A stretch of DNA of 63,178 nt, filler included, from Phoronis australis (taxonomy: Eukaryota > Animalia > Phoronida), in NCBI GenBank assembly GCA_002633005.1. It is 9 parts of 8 records of this genome, joined end to end, with 100 filler letters (N's around TTAATTAATTAA, not from the genome) between each part and the next. Parts side by side here need not be neighbours in the genome. Positions count along the whole stretch, not along the records: positions 1 to 28,739 come from NMRA01000936.1; 8 more parts are not named here. One strand, 5' to 3'. Below are positions 14,629 through 25,990 of the stretch, one piece after another (position 1 is the stretch's first letter; every line of letters starts with the position of its first letter). The notes beneath the pieces are model-generated. The model had not been told where the DNA came from, made no database searches, and saw nothing but the letters and a program-made list of their open reading frames with translations. Position numbers and translations under genes: made by a program.

Positions 14629-17600
14629 TTACATGAAACACGTCCACCTCCTTCATATCCACCACGCCATCATCATGTCCTCCCCCCGTAGCACAACCAC
14701 CACTACCCTCACTACTTCCACCCGACTATTTCCTAAACTAAGTTGTGACTGTGAAGGCATTAAGGATATACCACAGCACAACCATTGCACAAAACAGAAC
14801 CAATGCCCAAAGTATCACCATTGGGGTCACCACCATTTCCAACACCAATATCCTCAGCAACCCCCCAGACACAACTGCATCATCACAACCATCCCACCAC
14901 CACCACCAAAACGTTTTTGGGAAAATGGGAAAACTTGGGAAGCTCCGCAAACACCACCATCGCCATTCCCACGATCACCATAACTCCAATCACGATTGCC
15001 ACTCCAACCACATTATTTTTATGTTCACATGTCCTTTTCTCGTAACTCCACCACTACCCCCACCAGAACCAGTCCACTACCACCAAAACCTCACCGCAAC
15101 CACTTTTGACATGATCCTTGTTCACTGTTCGTCCCCTTGCTTATCCGAGTATTCAGGTATCCTAACTCAGTTAGCCCTCTCTGTTGAAGATAATTTCAAA
15201 AGTATAATGAATGCCAGTCCTGTTTAAGGAAACTTCTCGATTGCTTGTTCAAACAGTAAATCAAAAATTTAAATAATTCAAATTTTTGGCTTTCTTAAAT
15301 TCTGTTTTCCACATCTTTTTACGAGTAAGTGCAGATCAATGGAAAATTGACATTCAATACGTCTGACGTTCTCTTTTGCTGGTCTAACTAGACCGATACA
15401 TTTGCACCACTTCACTAAACATGTCATTGTTTTGGGCCCTCCTTCCAATGCCAACGCTTAGTATAGACCTACCATAACCAACTATTCTATTTTCAGGTAC
15501 TCCACTGGCAGCCTCCAGTGAAAGGGAGTAGCGACCCTTCCTAGAGGAGCTGACACCGATCCCTTAAAATTTCACGAAACACGTCCACCTCCTTCATATC
15601 CTCCACGCCACCATCATCTCCTCCCCGTAGCCCCACCACTTCTATCCCTACCACTACCACCCCACCATATCGTAAACTAAGTTGTGAGAGTGAGACGATT
15701 CTGCAATTGCCAGAGCACAAAAAATGCCAATAACTCCACCAATGCGCACGTTGGTGTCACTACCATTTCCACCACGAATCTCTCCACTACATCTCCATCA
15801 CACACAACCACATACTCTGGACCATCACACCACCATCGAGGCATTTTTGTGAAAGAGGAACAATTTGGCAAGCACCCAAATCACCACCATTGCCACATTC
15901 AAATTTTCCATGATCACCATCACTGCAATCATCATTGCCACTCAAACCACACTATTTTTATATTCACATGTCTTCTTCCCTTAACCCTAACACTACCCCC
16001 ATCATAACCTCTCCACTATCACCAAAAAATCACCACAACCACATTTGACACAATCCAAGTCCATTGCACATCTCTTTGCTTATTTGTTAGACAGATATCG
16101 TAGCTCGATTAGCCCTGTCTGTTGAAGATATCAGTTAATCAAGAAGCCTTCAAAAGTAAAATACAAGACAGCCTCGCTTAACGAAATATCGTGACTACTT
16201 GTTCGAAGAGTAAACATTAACTTCAAATATTCAGCATTTGACCTTCTGTAATTTTTTTAATTGCTAAGCGCGGCCCTCACTTGGTCTCTTATGGCAACAC
16301 CTCATATAGAGGAGCTAACCCAATTCGACCTCCACCTTCAACACACCCACCACCTCACCATCACCACCATCATGTCCCCTTCCCGTAACTCCACCTACCC
16401 CCACCAAAACCACTCCACTACCACCAAAACCTCACCACAACCACTTTCGACATAGTCCTAGTTCATTGCACTTCGATTTGCTTATCTGATTAGGCAAATA
16501 TCCTAGCTCGTTTAGCCCTGACTTTTGAATATATCAGTTAATCATGAGGCCTTCAAAAGCAAAATGCAAGGAAGGCCGTGTAACAAAATATCTGGAGTAC
16601 TTGTTTAATGAGTAAAACTTAACTTCAAATGTTTCAATATTTGTCCATCTGTAATTTTGTTAATTGATACGCGCGTCCCTCACTTGGTGTCTTCCTGCGA
16701 CACCTGATATAGGTATAGCACAACCACATAAATTGTTTCAAGGTACTCTGCTGGCAGCCTCCAGTGAAGGGAGTGGCGACCCTACCTAGAGAAGCTAACC
16801 CAATTTCCTCCACCTTCACCACACCCACCACCTCACTATCACCACCATCTAGTCCCCTTCCCGTAACACCACCCTACCCCAAAAAGAACCACTCCACTAC
16901 CACTAAAACCTCAGCCCGACCAGTTTTGACATGATCACAGTTCATTGTGCTTCCCCATGCTTATGCGAGTAGACAGATATCCTAGCTCAGTTATCCCTAT
17001 CTGTTGAAGATATTTTTCAAAAGTAAAATAAAAGCCATCCTGTTTAAGGAAATATCTCGATTGCTTGTTCGAATAGTAAATCTAAAATTTAAATGTTTCA
17101 ATGTTTGGCTTTCTGTATTTTCTGTTTTCCACATCTTTTTTGGAGTAAGTGCAGATCAATAGAAAATTGACATGCAATAGTCTGACGTTCTCTTTTGCTG
17201 GTTTAACTAGACCGTTGCATTTGCACCGCTTTGCTAAGTACGTCATTGATTTGGTCTCTCCTTCCAATGCCAACGCTTAGTATAGACCTATCATTACCAC
17301 CTATTCTATTTTCAGGTACTCCACTGGCAGCTCCAGTGAAAGGGAGTAGCGACCCTTCCTAGAGGAGCTGACACCGATCCCTAAAAAATTACATGAAACA
17401 CGTCCACCTCCTTCATATCTACCACGCCACCATCATGTCCTCACCCGTAGCACCACCACCTCTATTGCCACCACTGCCACCCCACCAGTTCCTGAACTAA
17501 GTTGTGAGAGTGAGGCGATTCAGCAAATGCCAGAACAAAACTAATGCCCAAAACACCACCATTGCCCACATTGGCGTCACCACCATTTCCACCACGAATC

Positions 17601-20600
17601 TCCTCACTACCTCCGCATAACAGAAAAACCACATAACCAGGACCACCCCACCACCATCGAGGACTTTTCGTGAAAGAGGAACAACTTGGCAAGCACCCAA
17701 AACACTGCCATCGCCATATTCACCTTTTCCATGATCACCATCACTACAATCACCATTGCCACTCTAACCACAGTATTTTTATATTCACTTGTCTTCTTTC
17801 CTTATCCCTACCACTACCCCCACCAGAACCACTCCACTACCACCAAAACCTCACCACAACCACTTTTGACACAATCCAAGTCCACTGCATTTCTCCTTGC
17901 TTATCTGATTAGACAGATATCCTAGCTCGGTTAGCCCTGTCTGTTGAAGATATCAGTTAACCAAGAAGCCTTCAAATGTAAAATGCAAGACAGCCTCGTT
18001 TAACAAAATATCTTGACTACTTGTTCAAAGAGTAAAGCTAACTTCAAATATTTCAATATTTGTGCTTCTGTAATTTTGTTAATTACTAAGCGCAACGCTC
18101 ACTTGTCTCTTCCTGCGACACCTGATATAGGTCTAAGGCGACCATATAAATTGTTTGAAGGTACTCTGCTGGCAGCCTCCAGTGAAGGGAGTGGCGACCC
18201 TACCTAGAGGAGCTAACCCACTCCCTCCACCTTCCCCACACCCACCACCTCAACATCAGCACCATCATATCCCCTTCCCCTAACACCATCCTACCCCCGC
18301 CGGAACCAGTCCACTACCACCAAAACCTCACCGCGATCACTTTTGACATGCATGATCCTAGTTCATTATGCTTCGCCTCGATTATCCGAGTAGACAGATA
18401 TCCTGGCGCAATTATTCCTATCTGTTGAAGATATTTTCAAAAGTAAAATGAAAGCCATCCTGTTTAAGGTAATATCTCGATTGCTAGTTCAAACAGTAAA
18501 TCTAAAATTTAAATGTTTCAATGTGTGGCTTTCTGTATTTTCTGTTCTCCACATCTTTTTTGGAGTAAGTGCAGATCAATAGAAAATTGACATTCAATAG
18601 TCTGACGTTCTCTTTTGCTGGTCTAACTAGACCGTTGCATTTGCACCGCTTTGCTAAGTACGTCATTGACTTGGTCTTTCCTTCCAACGCCAAAGCTTAG
18701 TATAGACGTATTATTATCTTCAATTCTATTTTCAGGCACTCCACTGGCAGCCTCCAGTGAAAGGGAGTAGCGACCCTTCCTAGAGGAGCTGACACCGATC
18801 CCTAAAAAATTACATGAAACACGTCCACCTCCTTCATATCCACCACGCCATCATCATGTCCTCCCCCCGTAGCACAACCACCACTGCCCTCACGACTTCC
18901 ACCCGACTATTTCCTAAACTAAGTTTTGACTGTGAAGGCATTAAGGATATATCACAGCACAACCATTGCACAAAACAGAACCAATGCCCAAAGTATCACC
19001 ATTGGGGTCACCACCATTTCCAACACCAATATCCTCAGCAATCCCCCCAGACACAACTGCATCATCACAACCATCCCACCACCACCACCAAAACGTTTTT
19101 GTGAAAATGGGAAAACTTGGGAAGCTCCGCAAACACCACCATCGCCATTCCCACGATCACCATAACTCCAATCACGATTGCCACTCCAACCACACGATTT
19201 TTATGTTCAAATGTCCTTTTCTCGTAACTCCACCACTACCCCCACCAGAACCATTCCACTACCACCAAAACCTCACTGCAACCACTTTTGACATGATCCT
19301 TGTTCACTGTTCGTCCCCTTGCTTATCCGAGTATTCAGGTATCCTAACCCAGTTAGCCCTCTCTGTTGAAGATATTTTCAAAAGTATAATGAATGCCAGT
19401 CCTGTTTAAGGTAACTTCTCGATTGCTTGTTCAAACAGTAAATCAAAAATTTAAATGATTCAAATTTTTGGCTTTCTTAAATTCTGTTTTCCACATCTTT
19501 TTACGAGTAAGCGCAGATCAATGGAAAATTGACATTCAATACGTCTGACGTTCTCTTTTGCTGGTCTAACTAGAGCGTTACATTTGCACCACTTCACTAA
19601 ACATGTCATTGTTTTGGGCCCTCCTTCCAATGCCAACGCTTAGTATAGACCTACCATAACCAACTATTCTATTTTCAGGTACTCCACTGGCAGCCTCCAG
19701 TGAAAGGGAGTAGCGACCATTCCTAGAGGAGCTGACACCGATCCCTTAAAATTTCATGAAACACGTCCACCTCCTTCATATACTCCACGCCACCATCATC
19801 TCCTCCCCGTAGCACCACCACCTCTATCCCTACCACTACCACCCCACCCTATCCTAAACTAAGTTGTGAGAGTGAGGCGATTCTGCAAATGCCAGAACAC
19901 ATTTATGCCAATAACTCCACCAATTCGCACGTTGGTGTCACTACCATTTCCACCACGAATCTCTCCACTACATCTCCATCACACACAACCACATACTCTG
20001 GACCATCACACCACCATCGAGGCATTTTTGTGAAAGAGGAACAACTTGGAAAGCACCCAAGTCACCACCATTGCCACATTCAAATTTTTCATGATCACCA
20101 TAACTACAATCCTCATGGCCACTCAAACCACACTATTTTTATATTCACATGTCTTCTTCCCTTAACCCTAACACTACCCCCATCATCACCTCTCCACTAT
20201 CACCAAAACCTCACCACAACCACCTTTGACACAATCCAAGTCCATTGCACATCTCTTTGCTTATTTGTTAGACAGATATCGTAGCTCGATTAGCCCTGTC
20301 TGTTGAAGATATCAGTTAATCAAGAAGCCTTCAAAAGTAAAATACAAGACAGCCTCGCTTAACGAAATATCGTGACTACATGTTCGAAGAGTAAACATTA
20401 ACTTCAAATATTCAGCATTTGACCTTCTGTAATTTTTTTAATTGCTAAGCGCGGCCCTCACTTGGTCTCTTATGGCAACACCTCATATAGAGTAGCTAAC
20501 CCAATTCGGCCTCCACCGTCAACACACCCACCACCTCACCATCACCACCATCATGTCCCCTTCCCGTAACTCCACCTACCCCCACCAAAACCACTCCACT

Positions 20601-22580
20601 ACCACCAAAACCTCACCACAACAACTTTCGACATAGTCCTAGTTCATTGCACTTCGATTTGCTTATCTGATTAGACAAATATCCTAACTCGTTTAGCCCT
20701 GACTTTTGGATATATCATTTAATCATGAGGCTTTCAAAAGCAAAATGCAAGGAAGGCCGTGTAACAAAGTATTTGGACTAGTTGTTTAATGAGTAAACCT
20801 TAACTTCAAATGTTTCAATATTTGTCCATCTGTAATATTGTTAATTGATACGCGCGTCCCTCACTTGGTGTCTTCCTGCGACACCTGATATAGGTATAGC
20901 ACAACCACATAAATTGTTTCAAGGTACTCTGCTGGCAGCCTCCAGTGAAGGGAGTGGCGAACCTACCTAGAGAAGCTAACCCAATTCCCTCCACCTTCAC
21001 CACACCCACCACCTCACTATCACCACCATCATGTCCCCTTCCCGTAACACCATCCTACCCCANAAGCTAACCCAATTCCCTCCACCTTCACCCCACCCAC
21101 CACCTCACTATCACCACCATCATGTCCCCTTCCCGTAACACCATCCTACCCCCAAAACAACCACTCCACTACCACTAAAACCTCAGCCCGACCAGTTTTG
21201 ACATGATCACAGTTCATTGTGCTTCCCCATGCTCATGCGAGTAGACAGATATCCTAGCTCAGTTATCCCTATCTGTTGAAGATATTTTTCAAAAGTAAAG
21301 TGAAAGCCATCCTGTTTAAGGAAATATCTCGATTGCTTGTTCAAACAGTAAATCTAAAATTTAAATGTTTCAATGTTTGGCTTTCTGTATTTTCTGTTTT
21401 CCACATATTTTTTGCAGTAAGAGCAGATCAATAGAAAATTGACATGCAATAGTCTGACGTTCTCTTTTGCTGGTCTAACTAGACCGTTGCATTTGCACCG
21501 CTTTGCTAAGTACGTCATTGATTTGGTCTCTCCTTCCAACGCCAACGCTTAGTATAGACCTATCATTACCACCTATTCTATTTTCAGGTACTCCACTGGC
21601 AGCTCCAGTGAAAGGGAGTAGCGACCCTTCCTAGAGGAGCTGACACCGATCCCTAAAAAATTACATGAAACACGTCCACCTCCTTTATATTTACCACGCC
21701 ACCATCATGTCCTCACCCGTAGCACCACCACCTCTATTCCCACCACTGTCACCCCTCCAGTTCCTGAACTAAGTTGTGAGAGTGAGGCGATTCAGCAAAT
21801 GCCAGAACAAAACTAATGCCCAAAACACCACCATTGCCCACATTGGCGTCACCACTATTTCCACCACGAATCTCCTCACTACCTCCCCATAACAGAAAAC
21901 CACATAATCAGGACCACCCCACCACCATCGAGGACTTTTTGTGAAAGAGGAACAACTTGGAAAGCACCCAAAACACTGTCATCGCCATATTCACCTTTTC
22001 CATGATCACCATCACTACAATCACCATTGCCACTCCAACCACAGTATTTTTATATTCACTTGTCTTCTTTCCTTATCCCTACCACTACCCCCACCAGAAC
22101 CACTCCACTACCACCAAAACCTCACCACAACCACTTTTGACACAATCCAAGTCCACTACCTTTCTCCTTGCTTATCTGATTAGACAGATATCCTAGCTCG
22201 GTTAGCCCTGTCTGTTGAAGATATCAGTTAATCAAGAAGCCTTCAAAAGTAAAATGCAAGACAGCCTCGTTTAACGAAATATCTTGACTACTTGTTCAAA
22301 GAGTAAAGCTAACTTCAAATATTTCATTATTTGTCCTTCTGTAATTTTGTTAATCACTAAGCGCAACGCTCACTTGTCTCTTCCTACGACACCTGATATA
22401 GGTCTAAGGCGACCATATAAATTGTTTGAAGGTACTCTGCTGGCAGCCTCCAGTGAAGGGAGTGGCGACGCTACCTAGAGGAGCTAACCCACTCCCTCCA
22501 CCTTCCCCACACCCACCACCTCAACATCAGCACCATCATATCCCCTTCCCGTAACACCATCCTACCCCCGGCGGAACCAG
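14629..22580. repeat. Two near-identical copies of a ~4.18-kb higher-order unit (14629-18809 and 18810-~22580)
   Basis: TTACATGAAACACGTCC...GCACAACC occurs at 14629 and 18810. Offsets 15493->19675 and 16740->20921 are ~4181; later offsets are ~4271 after a ~91-bp duplication at N21063. Confidence 0.9.
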
Positions 22581-22899
22581 TCCACCGCAACCACTTTTGA
22601 CATGATCCTTGTTCACTGTTTGTCCCCTTGCTTATCTGAGTATTCAGGTATCCTAACTCAGTTAGCCCTCTCTGTTGAAGATATTTTCAAATGTATAATG
22701 AATGCCAGTCGTGTTTAACGTAACATCTCGATTGCTTGTTCAAACAGTAAATCAAAAATTTAAATGATTCAAATTTTAGGCTTTCTTAAATTCTGTTTTC
22801 AACATCTTTTTTCGAGTAAGTGCAGATCAATTTAAAATTGACATTCAATACGTCTGACGTTCTCTTTTGCTGGTCTAACTAGACCGTTACATTTGCACC

Positions 22900-25800
22900 A
22901 TCCTGTCCCCTTCCCGTAACACCATCCTACCTACACCAGAACCACTCCACTACCACCAAAACCTCACCGCGTCCAGGTTCTGACATGATCCTCGTTCATT
23001 GTGCTTCCCTTGCTTATCCGTGTAGGTAGATAACCTAGCTCAGTTAACCCTGTCTGTTGCAGATATTTTCAAAAGTAAAATAAAATAATATAAAAGCCAT
23101 GCTGTTTAAGGTAATATCTCGATTGCTTGTTGAAACAGTAAATTTAAATATTTCATTGTTTTGCTTTCTGTAATTTCTGTTTTCCACATTTTTTTTCGAG
23201 CGAGTGCAAATCAATAGAAAATCGACATTCAATAAGTTCTATTTTGCTGGTATAACTAGACCGTTTCCTTTTCAACGCTTTGCTAAGAACGTCATTCACT
23301 TATGCTCTCCTTCCAATGCCAACGCTTAGTAAAGGCCTAACATTACCACCTATCCTATTTTCAGGTACTCCACTGGCAGCCTCCAGTGAAAGGGAGTAGC
23401 GACCCTTCCTAGAGGAGCTGACACCGTTCCCTTAAAATTATATGGAACACGTCCGCCGTCCTCACATCCACCACGCCATCATCATGTCCTCCCCCCGTAG
23501 CACCACCACCACTACCCTAAGTACTTCCACCCGACCATTTCCTAAACTAAGTTGCGATGGTGAAGCGATTCAGAAAAATCCAGAGCGCAACCAATGCACA
23601 AAACGCAACCAATGCCCAGAGTACCACAACTGGCGTCACCACCCATGTCCTCAGTACGTCCTTCCAGACAAAACTACCTCTTCACGACCATTCGTTTTTG
23701 TGAAAGTGGAAGAACTTGGGAAACTGCAGAAACACCCCCATCGCCATCCCCACGATCACCATAACTACAATCGCCATTGCCACTCCAACCACTTTACTTT
23801 TATATTCATATGTCTTCTTCCCTTAAACCTACCACTACTCCCAATACCAGCAAAACCTCACCACGACCACTTTCGACGTACTCCTGGTTCATTGCACTTC
23901 TCCTTGCTGATCTGATTAGACAGATATCTTAGCTCGGTTAGCCCTGTCTGTTGAAGATATCAGTTAATCAAGAAGCCTTCAAAAGCAAAATGCAAGGAAA
24001 CCAATTTAACGAAATATTTCTTCGACTACTTGCTCAAAGAGTAAAGTTTCAAATACTTTAATATTTGTGCTTCTGTAATTTTGTTAATTGCTAAGCGGTT
24101 CCTTCACTTGGTCTCTTCCTGCAACACCTTATATAGGAATACCGCGACCACATAAATTGTTTCAAGGTACTCTGCTGGCAGCCTCCAGTGAAGGGAGTGG
24201 CGACCCTACCTAGAGAAGCTAACCCAATTCCCTCCACCTTCACCACACCCACCATCACCACCATCCTGTCCCCTTCCCGTAACACTATCCTACCCCCACA
24301 TCACTACCACCAAAACCTCACCGCCTTCACTTTTGACTTGATTCCAGTTCATTGTGGTTCCCCTTGCTTATCCGAGTAGGTAGATATCCTAGCTCAGTTA
24401 TCCCTGTCTGTTGCAGATATTTTCAAAAGTAAAATAAAATAAAAGCCATGCTGTTTAAGGTAATTTCTCGATTGCTTGTTGAAACAGTAAATTTAAATAT
24501 TTCATTGTTTTGCTTTCTGTAATTTCTGTTTTCCACATTTTTTGGAGAGAGTGCAAATCAATAGAAAATCGACATTGAATACATTTGAAGTTCTATTTTG
24601 CTGGTTTAACTAGACCGTTTCCTTTTCAACGCTTTGCTAAGAACGTCATTCACTTGGGCTCTCCTTCCAATGCCAACGCTTAGTAAAGGCCTAACATTAC
24701 CACCTATCCTATTTTCAGGTACTCCACTGGCAGCCTCCAGTGAAAGGGAGTAGCGACCCTTCCTAGAGGAGCTGACACCGTTCCCTTAAAATTATATGGA
24801 ACACGTCCGCCGTCCTCACATCCACCACGCCATCATCATGTCCTCCCCGTAGCACCACCACCACTACCCTAACTACTTCCACCCGACCATTTCCTAAACT
24901 AAGTTGCAATGGTGAAGCGATTCAGAAAATGCCAGAGCGCAACCAATGCATCAAACACAACCAATGCCCAGAGTACCACAATTGGCGTCACAACCATTTC
25001 CAACACCCATGTCCTCAGTACGTCCCCCCAGACAAAACTACCTCTTCACGACCGTTCGTTTTTGTGAAAGTGGAAGTACTTGGGAAACTCCAGAAACACC
25101 CCCATCGCCATCCCCACGATCACCATAACTACAATCGCCATTGCCACTCCAACCACTTTACTTTTATATTCATATGTCTTCTTCCCTTAACCCTAAATCT
25201 ACCCCCAATACCACCAAAACCTCACCACAACCACTTTTGACGTACTCCTAGTTCATTGTACTTCTCCTTGCTTATCTGATTAGACAAATATCTTAGCTCG
25301 GTTAGCCCTGTCTGTTGAAGATATCAGTTAAGCAAGAAGCCTTCAAAAGCAAAATGCAAGGAAACCCATTTAACGAAATATGTCGACTACTTGCTCAAAG
25401 AGTAAAGTTTCAAATACTTTAATATTTGTGCTTCTGTAATTTTGTTAATTGCTAAGCGGTTCCTTCACTTGCTCTCTTCCTGTAACACCTTATATAGGAA
25501 TACCGCGACCACATAAATTGTTTCAAGGTACTCTGCTGGCAGCCTCCAGTGAAGCGAGTGGCGACCCTACCTAGAGAAGCTAACCCAATTCCCTCCACCT
25601 TGACCACACCCACCGTCACCACCATCATGTCCCCTTCCCATAACACCATCCTACCCCCACATCACTACCACCAAAACCTCACCGCCTTCACTTTTGACTT
25701 GATCCCAGTTCATTGTGGTTCCCCTTGCTTATCCAAGTAGACAGATATCCTGGCTCAGTTATCCCTATCTGTTGAAGATATTTTCAAAAGTAAAGTGAAA

Positions 25801-25990
25801 GCCAGTCCTGTTTAACGTAACATCTCGATTGCTTGTTCAAACAGTAAATCTAAAATTTAAATTTTTCAATGTTTGGCTTTCTGTAATTTCTGTTTTCCAC
25901 ATCTTTTTTCGAGTTTGTGCAGATCAATAGAAAATTGACATTCAGTACGTCTAAAGTTCTCTTTTGTTGATCTAACTAGACCGTTTCCTT
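22900..25990. repeat. ~1.36-kb A+B dimer repeated about twice
   Basis: Core offsets 23361->24715 and 24164->25525. These copies share diagnostic variants (GACACCGTTCCC, GTAAAGGCCTAAC). Confidence 0.85.

Noticed and set aside
21063-21153. ~91-bp local duplication as a biological variant
   Set aside because: It starts exactly at a single N and is absent from the other higher-order copy, so it is probably an unmerged contig overlap. A similar short duplication flanks N3572.
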